Positions 23,868-34,400 of a DNA stretch of 64,000 nucleotides are shown in pieces; position 1 is the stretch's first letter, and each line of letters starts with the position of its first letter. Made by a program: the position numbers and the translations under genes. This DNA is from an uncultured bacterium (GTDB lineage: Bacteria; Verrucomicrobiota; Lentisphaeria; Victivallales; Victivallaceae): assembly GCA_949297015.1 (NCBI GenBank), contig CASFRF010000050.1:903-64902 (forward strand), in the 5' to 3' direction. The notes under the pieces were generated by a model that ran no database searches, was not told the DNA's origin, and saw only the letters and a program-made list of their open reading frames with translations.

Positions 23868-25892
23868 ATGACGAAAGACTGGTTGTCGGCGGCTCGGGCG
23901 TGGTTCAGCGGCGAGGGGATGGATCCGGAAGTGCAACCGGGGTTCGGCCCCGTCTTTCGGTACCGGGGGGAGGCGGCCGACTGGCGCGGCTGGGCGCATC
24001 GGCTGGAACCGGAGGAGCCGCCGCCGGGGGGGAGCGCCTTCCGGGCCGTCTACGTCGCGCCGGACGGTCTGCTGGAGCTGCATTTGAGCGTCCGGCTGGA
24101 TCCGGAGTTCGGGGTGGTCGAGTGGCTGCCCCGGCTGCGCAACGGCGGGGACGCGGTCAGCGGCGTGGTCGAGGATTTCCAGTCGCTGGCCTTGGTGCAA
24201 CCCCTGGCGGAAGCTCCCGATCAGGGACGCTCCGGGCAACGGGTGACGTTGCGCCGGGCGCTGGGTTCCAAGTGTTCCTACAGCGATTTTCTGCCCGAGT
24301 CCCGGGTCTTGCGCGACCGTTATCCCCGGAATGTGGCGGTGTTGGAGACCGATGAGGGGCGCTCCTCCTCCGCCTGGCTGCCCTTTTTCGGACTCGATTT
24401 CGCGGCGGATCGGGGATTGATCGGCGGCATCGGCTGGTCCGGCGCTTGGCGTGCCGAGTTCCGGCTGGAGTCCCGGCGGCTGCTGGCGACCGCCGGGATG
24501 CGGCGCACCCACTTCCGGCTGTCCCCCGGGGAGGAGCTGCGTCAGCCGTCGATCTATCTCCTGGATCGTTCCGGTGAAACGGTGCAGGCCGGTCAGAACC
24601 GCAACCGGAGGTTTCTGCTGGCCCGGCACAGTCCGCGCGACCGGGCCGGGAAGTTGCAGGAGGTGCCGCTCTCGTTTCAGGTCTGGGGCGGCGTCTCCAG
24701 CGCCGAGATGCTGGCGCAGCTGAAGCTGATCGAAACGCAGCGGCTGCCTTATGACGTATTCTGGATCGACGCCGGCTGGTACGGCCCCGACTCCGCGCCC
24801 GCGCCCGACGTCCATCACGACGACTGGTATCTCCACGCCGGGGACTGGCGGATCAACCGCGGCCGTCACCCCGAAGGGCTCACCCCGGTGGCCGACGCCG
24901 CGCACCGCCTCGGACTCCGGACGCTGCTCTGGGTGGAGATCGAGCGGGCCCGGCGCGACTCCCCGGTGGCGCAGGCCCATCCGGAATGGTTTCTGGCGAC
25001 CTCCGACAACCCGGACAATCTGCTGCTCAATCTGGGCTGTCCCGAGGCCCGGAACTGGGCGGCCGACACGGTGATCCGGCTGTTCCGCGAGAACCATCTG
25101 GACTGCTACCGGCAGGACTTCAACTTCAACACCATTCCGCACTGGGAGAACGCCGACGCCCCCGACCGGATCGGCGTCACCGAGGCCCGGTATATCGACG
25201 GGCTCTATCAGCTGTGGGACACGCTGCGGGAACGGATCCCCGATCTGCTGATCGACAACTGCGCCAGCGGCGGCCGCCGGATCGACTTTGAAACCATGTC
25301 CCGCAGTCTCCCCTTGTGGCGCAGCGATGTCCAGTGCTTCCCCGGCTTCGATCCCATCGCCAATCAGCTGGAGTGCTGGGCGCTCGCCCCCTGGGTGCCG
25401 CTGCACAGCGGCGGGCTCGATCTGAGCTCCGCCGCCACCTGGCAGGACGAATACGCGGCATTGAGCGCCCTGGGGCCGGGCATCGCCTATTGCCTGCCGC
25501 CGCCGGAGCAGCCGGTGCCGGCGGCCCGACATCGGCGGTGGGTGGAGCTGGCCCGGCAGCTGCGGCCGCTGTTCCGCGGCGATTTTCTGCCGCTGACCAC
25601 CGAGCCGGAGGATCCGACCGGCTGGCTGGCCAGTTGCTATTGCCGTCCGGAGCAGGGCGATGGCGTGGTGCTCGCCTTCCGGCGTCCCGGGGCTCCGGCG
25701 GAACACTTGACCGTCGAACTGTCCGGAGTCATTGACCCCACCGCGGAATATGAGGTGGAAGACGAACAGGGCACCGTGACCCGGCAGACCGGAGCTGAAC
25801 TGCAACGCTGGACGCTGCAACTGCCGCCGCGGACGGCGGCTCTGCGCTGGTTCCGACTCCGGGGACGTTCTCAGTCCGAGCCCAGCAGCTGA
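23868..25892 (+). CDS. glycoside hydrolase family 36-like alpha-galactosidase
   Basis: DVFWIDAGWY, LDCYRQDFNFN (nucleophile region) and IDNCASGGRRIDFE (acid/base region) resemble the GH36 catalytic blocks. 674 aa, no signal peptide. Confidence 0.65.
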   Translation: MTKDWLSAARAWFSGEGMDPEVQPGFGPVFRYRGEAADWRGWAHRLEPEEPPPGGSAFRAVYVAPDGLLELHLSVRLDPEFGVVEWLPRLRNGGDAVSGVVEDFQSLALVQPLAEAPDQGRSGQRVTLRRALGSKCSYSDFLPESRVLRDRYPRNVAVLETDEGRSSSAWLPFFGLDFAADRGLIGGIGWSGAWRAEFRLESRRLLATAGMRRTHFRLSPGEELRQPSIYLLDRSGETVQAGQNRNRRFLLARHSPRDRAGKLQEVPLSFQVWGGVSSAEMLAQLKLIETQRLPYDVFWIDAGWYGPDSAPAPDVHHDDWYLHAGDWRINRGRHPEGLTPVADAAHRLGLRTLLWVEIERARRDSPVAQAHPEWFLATSDNPDNLLLNLGCPEARNWAADTVIRLFRENHLDCYRQDFNFNTIPHWENADAPDRIGVTEARYIDGLYQLWDTLRERIPDLLIDNCASGGRRIDFETMSRSLPLWRSDVQCFPGFDPIANQLECWALAPWVPLHSGGLDLSSAATWQDEYAALSALGPGIAYCLPPPEQPVPAARHRRWVELARQLRPLFRGDFLPLTTEPEDPTGWLASCYCRPEQGDGVVLAFRRPGAPAEHLTVELSGVIDPTAEYEVEDEQGTVTRQTGAELQRWTLQLPPRTAALRWFRLRGRSQSEPSS

Positions 25893-26335
25893 TCCGCCGC
25901 GCCGAAGGCCGCCTCCGGCGAGAAGCCCCGCGCGAACAGAAAGCGCAGCAGCTTCTCCCGGCGTTTGCGCGGATCCGGCTCCCGGCTCAGCAGCCGGAGT
26001 TTGAACTCCGCCGCCGTCAGCGCCCGCTGCGGTTCATCGAGCCGCAGCGCTTCGCGCTGCTCCTCCGGCAGCAGTTGCGCAAGGCGCCGTTTGCGCAGGT
26101 CGTTCTCGATTCGCCGCAGCCCGTAGCCGCGCTGCCCCAGCGCCGCCGCCCGGTCTTCCGCCAGTTGGCGGTCGTCAAGCAGGTGCATCCGTTCCAGCTC
26201 CCGCAGTGCGTCCCGTACCTCGGGGTAGGGATGCCCCGCGGCCAGCAGCTTGGTCTTGAGCTCCGCCGTGGCGTAGGCGCGCCGCGTCAGGTAACGCAGC
26301 GCCCGGTCCAGCGCCCCGGGACGGGAGTCCGGCAT
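25871..26335 (-). CDS. recX: recombination regulator RecX
   Basis: ALRYLTRRAYATAELKTKL.., repeated three-helix units, C-terminal LLRFLFARGFSPEAA. 154 aa. ATG shares one nucleotide with the stop of the upstream acyl-CoA synthetase gene (TGATG). Confidence 0.75.
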   Translation of the reverse strand: MPDSRPGALDRALRYLTRRAYATAELKTKLLAAGHPYPEVRDALRELERMHLLDDRQLAEDRAAALGQRGYGLRRIENDLRKRRLAQLLPEEQREALRLDEPQRALTAAEFKLRLLSREPDPRKRREKLLRFLFARGFSPEAAFGAADQLLGSD

Positions 26336-28002
26336 CAGGCGTGATGCTCCCAGTTGCCCTCTCCGGTTTCGGCATGGCGGCGCAGCACGTCGCGTTTGAT
26401 TTTGCCGGAGAAGGTCTTGGGCATGGAGTTCACGAATTCGATTTCACGCGGATACTTGTAGGGGGCGGTCAGACTCTTGACGTAGTTCTGGAGCTCCTTG
26501 ACCAGCTCCGCCGTGGCCGCGACCCCCGGCTTCAGCACGATGTAGGCCTTGACCAGCGCGCCGCGCATGGGATCGGGCGCTCCGACCACCGCCACCTCGT
26601 GCACCGAGGGATGCTGGGCCAGGACGTCCTCCACTTCGGACGGACCGATCCGGTACCCGGAACTCTTGATGATGTCGTCGCTGCGGCCGATGAACCAGAA
26701 ATAGCCGTCTTCGTCCTGATACGCCCGGTCGCCGGTGTAGTAGTAGCCGTTGATGAACGAGGCGGCGTTCTCCTCGTCGTTGTACATGTAGCGCTTCAGC
26801 AACCCGACCGGCGGACGGGGGGACAGCTTGAGGGCGATCCGCCCGTCCTCTCCGGTAGGCACCGGCTTGCCCTCCTCGTCGTGCAGCTCGATCTCCCAGC
26901 CCGGAGAGGCCTTGCCCATCGAGCCGGGCTTGACCGGCTCCCCGACCTGATCGGAGATCATGCAGACGGTTTCGGTCTGGCCGTATCCTTCGCGGATGGT
27001 GATGCCGGTGCTGTCGCGCCAGATCCGCACCGTTTCCGTATGCAGCGGCTCCCCGGCCGCGGTACAGCTGCGCAGTTCGTGGAAGTCGAACCGGGTGAGG
27101 TCGTTCAGAATCAGCATCCGGTAGACCGTCGGCGGCGCGCAGAAGCTGGTGATCTCATACTTCTCCAGCAGCGGCAGCAGTTCGTCGGCGTGGAATTTCC
27201 CGCGGATGTCGTAGACGAAGACGCAGGCGCCCACGATCCATTGCCCGAAGTAATTCCCCCACAAGGTCTTGGCCCAGCCGGTATCGGCCACGGTGTAGTG
27301 CAGATCGTTGGCGGTCAGGCCGTGCCAGAGCTCGGCGGTGAGCCGGTGCCCCAGCGGATAGTCGAAGCTGTGCAGCACCAGTTTGGGGTGCTTGCTGGTG
27401 CCGGAGGTAAAACTCATCAGCATCGGGGATTCGGAGCGGGTCTCGATTTTGTAGGGGGCCTTGACCTCGTGCCGCGACGGCGGCGCGGCACCGGCCAGCG
27501 CTTCGCTGTAACTGACCCAGCCGGGCCGGGTCCCGTCGGTCAGAATGCGGGTGGCCAGCGTGGGGCACTCATCGTTGATTTCGTCGAACTTTTCGGCGTT
27601 CTCCTGATTGGTGATCACCATCCGGAAGCGCGCGAAGTTCAGACGGTAGAGCAGGTCCACCGGGGTCAGCAGCGTCGGCGAAGAGCACTGCACGGCGCCG
27701 AGTTTGATCAGCGCCAGCGAGAAGATCCACCACTCCGGCACCCGCGGCAGCATCAGCATCACCCGGTCGCCGCGGGAGATCCCGAGTTTGAGCAGGAAGT
27801 TCGCCGCCTGGTTGGAGAGTTTGCTCATCTCGTGGAAGGTGAAGCGCTTCTCCTCACCCTGCTGGTTGACCCAGATCATGGCCAGTTTGTTGCGGTCGCG
27901 CCGGGCCCAGTCGTCGACTACGTCATAACCAAAGTTGAAGTACTCAGGTGCCGTTATCGGAAACCCCTGCGCCCAGCTCGGTCTATCGTTCGTTTCCATC
28001 AT
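26335..28002 (-). CDS. AMP-forming acyl-CoA synthetase (medium-chain/acetyl-CoA synthetase-like)
   Basis: SFTSGTSKHPKLVLHS, YGQTE, YYTGDRAYQDEDGYFWFIGRSDDIIKSSGYRIGPSEVE and PKTFSGKIKR are ANL core motifs. 555 aa. Confidence 0.8.
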   Translation of the reverse strand: MMETNDRPSWAQGFPITAPEYFNFGYDVVDDWARRDRNKLAMIWVNQQGEEKRFTFHEMSKLSNQAANFLLKLGISRGDRVMLMLPRVPEWWIFSLALIKLGAVQCSSPTLLTPVDLLYRLNFARFRMVITNQENAEKFDEINDECPTLATRILTDGTRPGWVSYSEALAGAAPPSRHEVKAPYKIETRSESPMLMSFTSGTSKHPKLVLHSFDYPLGHRLTAELWHGLTANDLHYTVADTGWAKTLWGNYFGQWIVGACVFVYDIRGKFHADELLPLLEKYEITSFCAPPTVYRMLILNDLTRFDFHELRSCTAAGEPLHTETVRIWRDSTGITIREGYGQTETVCMISDQVGEPVKPGSMGKASPGWEIELHDEEGKPVPTGEDGRIALKLSPRPPVGLLKRYMYNDEENAASFINGYYYTGDRAYQDEDGYFWFIGRSDDIIKSSGYRIGPSEVEDVLAQHPSVHEVAVVGAPDPMRGALVKAYIVLKPGVAATAELVKELQNYVKSLTAPYKYPREIEFVNSMPKTFSGKIKRDVLRRHAETGEGNWEHHA

Positions 28003-28044
28003 GTCCGCTTCTTCCGTAAACGTTTTTGGATTATTGCTTGGCGC

Positions 28045-28437
28045 TCAATCGATCAGGGGCGCGCAAAAGTTCCGTTGCCCCGCCGGTTTCGGCGGGGTGA
28101 AAAGTTCAAAATTGCAATCGAAATCGCCGGGCCGATCGTCCGGATTGGCGCCGAGCAGCTGGACATCGATCAACCGGTAAACCAGAATCCCGATGTCCCG
28201 ACCGTCGCGGATGCCCCAGTCGCGCAGCACGTTGTCGGCCAGCGGACCGTATTCGTTATGAGCATATTCGCGCAGTCCGCTCAGCAGTTCCCGGGCGTTG
28301 ACGTGGCGGGCCTCCGGCAGGCGATCGACGGTGAACTCCACCGCCTGAATCACGAAATTATAGGCATCCGGACGAAAATCCCCGTACTCGGCATGCAGCG
28401 CCGCGATTTTCGGCATGATTTCTGATCGTTTCATCAT
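28045..28437 (-). CDS. small conserved hypothetical protein, Minf_1886-like (PVC-associated family, from memory)
   Basis: Start trimmed to ATG 28437 (MMKRSEIM). PDAYNFVIQAVEFTV...ARHVNARELLSGLREYA...FG matches what I recall of the Minf_1886 family. Not verified by search. Confidence 0.45.
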   Translation of the reverse strand: MMKRSEIMPKIAALHAEYGDFRPDAYNFVIQAVEFTVDRLPEARHVNARELLSGLREYAHNEYGPLADNVLRDWGIRDGRDIGILVYRLIDVQLLGANPDDRPGDFDCNFELFTPPKPAGQRNFCAPLID

Positions 28438-28447
28438 AACGTCTATA

Positions 28448-28476
28448 ACAATAACCCCGGAACCGCTTTTCGTCAA
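28448..28476 (-). promoter_or_regulatory. predicted sigma70-type promoter for the Minf_1886-like/acyl-CoA synthetase/recX operon
   Basis: Minus strand: TTGACG (28476..28471), 17-nt spacer, TATTGT (28453..28448). Only 10 nt to ATG 28437. Confidence 0.4.
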
Positions 28477-28517
28477 CCCGGCGGCACGGTTTTTCCCGGT
28501 TTTTTCGCTTTCCTCTG

Positions 28518-28545
28518 TTGAAAAAACGGCCTTGTATTTTACATT
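28518..28545 (+). promoter_or_regulatory. predicted sigma70-type promoter for the second ABC exporter
   Basis: TTGAAA (28518..28523), 16-nt spacer, TACATT (28540..28545). Confidence 0.4.
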
Positions 28546-28607
28546 ATGCCGTAAGCACACCCTGCCTGGAATCCGGCGGGGAAGACGGAGCAAAAGGCGA
28601 CGGCAAT

Positions 28608-30458
28608 ATGGCGAAAATCATCAACTGTGTCTCGGCTTCCAAGCTCGAATCCCGCCCCGGGGAGCCCGAGTTCCGGGTTACCCATTACCACTGGCGCGAC
28701 ATCTGTTCCCGGCTGCGGCGGATGCTGGCCCCGCACTGGCGAAAAATCCTGGTGGCCACCATTTGCGTGGCGCTGGTCGGCATGGCGGTGGCCGCGGTCC
28801 CGCTCTTCCCCAAATATGTGATCGATACTGCAATCGGCGAGCACAAGCTGCATTTGGCGGCGGTGGCGGCGGTACTCTTCATCCTTTCGCAGTTCAGCCG
28901 GATGGGGTTGTGGTATCTGGCCATGCGCAACGTCTATCAGGTGCAGCAGATGGTGGTGTTTCAGCTCCGGGCCGACGCCTTCCGCCATCTGCAGCATCTC
29001 TGTCTGCGCTTTCACAGCCAGTATCCCTCGGGCTTTCTGTACGAGCGGGTGTTCGGGAATTCGATCAATTCGCTGGGGACCTTCATTCAGATCTTCATGC
29101 AGCAGTTCTCGAATCAGATCACCGGGCTGTTCTTCAGTCTGTTCGTCTGCCTCTATTTAAGTCCGCCGCTGACGCTGGTGATCATCGTCGGGGCGACCGG
29201 CTATGTGTTCGCGGCCCGGCGGCTTTCGCCGCGGATCTACCAGCGCAATCAGGCCTCGGCCCAGGCCGGGATGCGCGTCACCGAGATCATCATGGACAAA
29301 TTGCACGGTCAGAAGACCATTCAGGCGCACGCCATGGAGGACCGGGTGCAGGACGAATTCGAGCAGCAGATCTGGGATGCCCAGCGCAAATGGCTGGCCG
29401 GCGTGATGGAGTCGATGAAGCTCGGATTCGTCACCGAGGGCATCGGTTATCTGCTGACCGCGATCATCGTCTTCGGCGGAGCGGTGATCGTGATGTACTT
29501 CCATCAGCCGCTCGGGGTGCTGGTCGCCTTTGTCGGCTATCAGGGGACCTTGATCGGCATCATTCAGTCGCTGACCAACGTCTACGGGCAGTTCACCGCG
29601 GCCCGGGTCGCGTTTGACCAGCTGTTCACGGTGCTGGACACCCATTCGGAGGTGGAGGATGCGCCCGATGCGGCGATGCCTCCCGAGGTGCAGGGGGGGA
29701 TCGAGTTCGAGCATGTCGATTTCGGCTACCGTCCCGATCAGGTGGTGCTACACGACCTCTCCTTTTCGCTGCCGGCGGGCAGGACGGTGGCGCTGGTCGG
29801 GCGCAGCGGCTGCGGCAAGACCACGGTGACCAATCTGATCATGCGTTTTTACGATCCGTTGAAGGGGTCGATCAAGCTCGACGGTCACGATCTGCGGACT
29901 CTGCCGCTGCACGACTACCGGTCGTTGTTCGGGGTGGTGCTGCAGGATCCCTATTTGTTCGACACCACGATTTACGAGAATCTCCACTGCGCGAATCCGC
30001 AGGCGACCGAGGAGGAGATGCGCGACGCGCTGGAGCGGGCCCGGGCCTGGGAGTTTGTCCGCGATCTGCCGGGGCAGTTGCAGTTCCGGGTGGGGGAGGG
30101 GGGGACGCGGCTGTCGGGCGGTCAGCGTCAGCGTCTGGCCATTGCCCGGTGCCTGCTGCTGCCGAGTCGGATCGTGATTCTGGACGAGGCCACCAGCGCG
30201 CTCGATGCCGAGAGTGAGGCGATGATTCAGCAGAGCTTCGAGTCGTTGAGCCGGAACAAGACGGTGCTGATCATCGCGCACCGGTTGAACACGCTCAAGC
30301 GGGCGGATTCGATTGTGGTCATGGACCGCGGGCGGGTGGTGGAGCAGGGGTCGTACGACGAGCTGCTGGCGCGTCGCGGACTGTTTTACGAGCTCAACGA
30401 GATCGCCACCGCGGGCATGGTCCGCGAGGCCCGGATGGCGGAGGCCGGCTTCGCCTGA
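28608..30458 (+). CDS. ABC transporter, fused permease/ATPase (MsbA-like exporter), second copy
   Basis: Walker A GRSGCGKTT, signature LSGGQRQRLAIARCL, Walker B IVILDEATSALD, six N-terminal helices. The track start TTG 28518 coincides with the predicted -35 box, so ATG 28608 (MAKIIN) is used. Confidence 0.8.
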   Translation: MAKIINCVSASKLESRPGEPEFRVTHYHWRDICSRLRRMLAPHWRKILVATICVALVGMAVAAVPLFPKYVIDTAIGEHKLHLAAVAAVLFILSQFSRMGLWYLAMRNVYQVQQMVVFQLRADAFRHLQHLCLRFHSQYPSGFLYERVFGNSINSLGTFIQIFMQQFSNQITGLFFSLFVCLYLSPPLTLVIIVGATGYVFAARRLSPRIYQRNQASAQAGMRVTEIIMDKLHGQKTIQAHAMEDRVQDEFEQQIWDAQRKWLAGVMESMKLGFVTEGIGYLLTAIIVFGGAVIVMYFHQPLGVLVAFVGYQGTLIGIIQSLTNVYGQFTAARVAFDQLFTVLDTHSEVEDAPDAAMPPEVQGGIEFEHVDFGYRPDQVVLHDLSFSLPAGRTVALVGRSGCGKTTVTNLIMRFYDPLKGSIKLDGHDLRTLPLHDYRSLFGVVLQDPYLFDTTIYENLHCANPQATEEEMRDALERARAWEFVRDLPGQLQFRVGEGGTRLSGGQRQRLAIARCLLLPSRIVILDEATSALDAESEAMIQQSFESLSRNKTVLIIAHRLNTLKRADSIVVMDRGRVVEQGSYDELLARRGLFYELNEIATAGMVREARMAEAGFA

Positions 30459-30472
30459 TCCGGGTCGGGCGG

Positions 30473-31498
30473 TCAGCGCAGCGTCCGACCGCGCAGTTCG
30501 GCATTGAACTCCTCCGGCAGCGTGCTCAACACGACATAGGGGCCACTCGACCAGACCGTCACCGGCCGGATCGAACCGAAGTCGCGTTTGCGGACTTCCG
30601 GGTTCCGGCTCTCGGCCAGCCGCCGGTCGGCCGCCAGCCGCCCGGCCACCTCCGCGGCGGTCTTCGGATCGGCATAGGCGGCCAGCAGCAGCGCGTTGCC
30701 GTAGGCGCACCGGTCAAGACCGTTGAGGTAGTTGTCCACGACTCCGGCGTGACCCGGCGCCTCCCAGGCCCCCGGCCGATAGTATTTGAGCAGCAGGACG
30801 CGGTCCGGTTCGCGACCGGCGGTCTGCAGCAGGCCGCGCCCGACGTCGGCGCCGCAGTCGGTGACGCCCAGCAGCAGCCAGTCGGACCAGCTCCGGGGCA
30901 ACGCCGCGGGCAGGGTGAGTTCCGGCGGGGCGGGGGCGCGATCGAGCAGCGTGGTTTCCAGCCGCTCTCCCGTGCCGACCAGCCCGTTGACCAGCTGCGC
31001 CCGGAGAAAGGCCGATACCGCCAGTTCGACTCCCTTGACCGAGGTCCCGGTCAGGATGATCACATTGGTTTCAAACGGCAGTTCGGCGGTGTGTTCGCTG
31101 TGCAGCCAGGGGTTGCTGCCGCTCTCCAGATACCCGAGATCCCCCCGGAACCGGCCGAAGCCGAAGATGTAGACGGAACGGTCGGTCCCGAATTCGGCCG
31201 CATACTGCCGCGCCTCCTGGATTCGCGGATCGTCGGGGAGTCCGACCAGAATCAGATTGGACCGGGCAAGCTCATCGGTTCCGGCTGGAGCCAGCGCTCC
31301 GGCTTCCAGCGTTCCCCGGCCCTGGAGTGCCCGCAGCGTGGGATGGGTGGCGGCCGCCGCTTTCAGGCGGAGCACCGCCTGATGAATGGCGGATGGCGCG
31401 TTCGGGGCGCAGCCGATGCGCAGTCCACGCTCGGGAAGTTCCGCCGCGCCGCTCCCCAGCGCCGCGACCAGCAGACAGATCAGCAGGATTCGGTTCAT
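30473..31498 (-). CDS. secreted hypothetical protein
   Basis: Signal peptide MNRILLICLLVAALGSGAAE. ATGA overlap with the upstream 1249-aa gene. No family recognised. Confidence 0.6.
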   Translation of the reverse strand: MNRILLICLLVAALGSGAAELPERGLRIGCAPNAPSAIHQAVLRLKAAAATHPTLRALQGRGTLEAGALAPAGTDELARSNLILVGLPDDPRIQEARQYAAEFGTDRSVYIFGFGRFRGDLGYLESGSNPWLHSEHTAELPFETNVIILTGTSVKGVELAVSAFLRAQLVNGLVGTGERLETTLLDRAPAPPELTLPAALPRSWSDWLLLGVTDCGADVGRGLLQTAGREPDRVLLLKYYRPGAWEAPGHAGVVDNYLNGLDRCAYGNALLLAAYADPKTAAEVAGRLAADRRLAESRNPEVRKRDFGSIRPVTVWSSGPYVVLSTLPEEFNAELRGRTLR

Positions 31499-34400
31499 AT
31501 CTCCTCCACTACGATCAGAACGCCGTCCCCCTTGCGGAGCGGCAGGCTGATGTTCCAGAAGTCCCCCTCCCGCACGATCGGGAGTTCGTGGTGCGTGTTC
31601 AGCTCCATGGCACGGGCCGCGGACCCCGTCGCCCGGAGCTGGATCTGGACGGTGCGCGCCTCCTCCCGCAGGTCCTCCACGGTGATGAATTTGCGTCCGC
31701 GGGAGGTGAAGCCGTACCCGGCGGTGCCCCCGGGATAGATCAGCTCCGGCGACAGGTGTTCCCGGATCAGGGCGGCGAGCTGGTCGTAGGCCCGACCATC
31801 GAGTTGCTCCAATCGGAAATCGGCCACGATACCGGCGGAACCCACCCGGAAGCGCGGTTCGCCGGGCAGCGGACGGGCGTCGGCGAAGAGCGGTTGAAAC
31901 TCCGGAGCCGGCGTTTCCCCGTCGGTGATCAGCACCAGTGCGTCGCCCCGGCGGCTCCGCTCCACCAGAAATTTCCGCTCTTCGGGGCTCAACGTCGAAG
32001 GCATCGGCAGGATCAGCGGGCTCCGCCCCGGAAATTTCATCAGGGCCGTGGCGTTGGCCGCGAAGGGCAGACTGATCCGGCGCCGGTGGAGTTCCCCGAT
32101 CACCCGGAACAACCGTCCGATCAGGGTATCGGCCAACCGGCTGTCGCCCATGCCGCCGCCGGAGAAGACGGCCCGTTCCGGATCACTCAGCACGGCGGTT
32201 CCGACCACCAGCCCGAAGCCCAGCGGGCCGTCGGGCAGAATCCGGGTCTGACGTTCGGCGGCGTTCCAGTTCTGCTGCCAGTCGTTGACGGTGGCCAGCG
32301 GCGAGTTGTACCCGTTCATGCTGTAGCCGAAAGTATGGATCGAATGGTAGTCGCCACGGTCTCCGACCACGCCGCGCCAGGCCCGGGTGACCTGATGGCG
32401 GCGCGAACTTTCGGTGGTTCCCACCGGCATGAACCAGTGGGGATTGTTCAAACAGGTGTTGTCCCAGCCCCAGACCAGATTCGAGACCAGCTGCCAGCCG
32501 GGGTTGAAGGCCAGATGGATCATCTGTCGCCCGGCGGTGAGCGGGAAGTCCTCTTCGAGCCCGCCCCAGGTGTCGTCGTCGGACATGCCCCGGAGTCGAC
32601 TGCCGATCTCCGCGGCGGCCTCCGGCGGCAGCAGCGGGATGCCCTGAGCGTTGATGCCGAACCTCCGCCCGGTGCCTTCGATCGTCTCGCGGATGGCCCG
32701 GAAGCTGCGCAAATAGCGGTCGAGCTGCCAGGCGTGGAAGGGGTGGAGCAGCCGCTTGTTGAGGTCGGCGATCAATTCCGCCCGGGTCCTGCCGCGCAAG
32801 CCATCCAGCCCCTGCTGTCGCCGGAACCGGTCGAATTCGACCAGCTCCTGCCAGGAGTACATGGAGTTCAATGATGGACCGGTATCCCAGCGGTCACCGA
32901 AGCCGAGAACGATCAGTTTGGCGTTTTGCCAGGCGCTCAGATTCCGGACCCGGTCGAGAAACCGCGGCGCGGCGGCTTCGAAGAACAGTTGACCGTTGGG
33001 AAAACTGCCCCAGGGATTGCCGTAATGGGTGAAGCTGTGTTCACTCAGGAACAGTTTGGCCGGATCGGTCGCGGTGCCGCTGCCGGTCTGTTTGATTCTG
33101 CGGGCGTAGGCGAACACGATGTCCTCCGGCGTGCTCCAGCCGCCTGCGGGGGTGTCGCGGCTGCCGCTGCCGAGCGGCAGCCAGTTCCGGAACCCCCGGG
33201 TGACGATGTGATCGATCCGCCAGCTCTGCCCGGGCGGTTGAATACTGGTGCGCGAGCGCAGACAGCTTCCTTCCCGGTCGGAGACCAGCAGCAGCGGCAG
33301 CTCCGCCAGCACCCGGCCGTCGGCGGTGACCGCTTCGAGACGACCGAAGTCGGGGGCCTCTCCGTTCAATTCCGGCAACCGGCAGGCGAATTCGTGCCGG
33401 ACTTCGCCGCCGGGGGGAACCGATAACCTCAGCGAACCGAGTTCCAGCGCGGGTTTGCCGAACCGGATGAGCCGGAGTTTCAGCTCCAGGTTCTGCGCCG
33501 TCACCTCCGGCGTCGGACCGAAGAGCTCGATTTCGCCCAGTTGCAGTTTGACCCGACGGAGCCCGGCGGGAGCCGCCCGCCAGGGAAAGACCAGTTCCCA
33601 GACCCGGGCGGTCGCCGGTGACCAGTTCAGCGAGGTGCGCAGATGCCGCCGGTTGAATCCGGCGTCGAGATCGTCGCGGCGGAGCACTTCGCGCCCGTCG
33701 GCCAGCACCCGGATCGCTCCGGGGGTGTTGACCAGAGTGGCGTTGCGCTCATAGGTTCCGTACAGCGCCAGTCCATTCAGGGTGACGGGCTGCGGAAATT
33801 CAAACCGGATCCGGTTTTCCGCCTGTTCGCACCCCTCGTAGAAACCGCCCTCCAGCAGGTCGCCGCGGGGACGCATTTGACTTGCCGCCAGATTGTTCAG
33901 AATCCGGGCTGCCTCCGGATTCCCGGCGCCGGGGGCGAGCACCCGGGCCCGGGGCGCCAGATTGCGGCGGCCGTTGCGCACGGTAAGGGTAAAGCGCTGC
34001 TCACTGCCGGCGCGATAGCTGTAGTCGCTGACCGGGAGTCCGCCGCGCCCCTGAAGCGCCAGACTCTCCGGCTCCGGACCGGGCAGCGGCGCGGGATTGC
34101 TTCCGGGCTCGGAGCCCGACAACGTGGCCTCCAGCGGCGGCGTGAAATCGGCAGTCAGCGTGGTTTCCCGCCACACCTCTCCGCCCGAGGGCGCGAGGAC
34201 GCCGACCCGGATCCGGTACTGATCGCGGAAACTCTGGGCCTGGGCCTTGAGAATTCCGGCATCGGGGATGGACAGTACCAGCGTGTTTTCCCGGCCTGCG
34301 GGCAGCTCCAGATCGCCGGTCAGATCCCGTTGCAGCGTTCCGTCCCAGCCGTAGAGCCGGGCGACTACCGGGAGCTTCCAATCCGGCCCCCGGGGATTGT

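Noticed and set aside
25871-25892. 22-nt convergent overlap between the 3' ends of the alpha-galactosidase gene and recX.
   Set aside because: Short tail-to-tail overlaps are common in compact high-GC genomes. Nothing in the sequence suggests a regulatory role.
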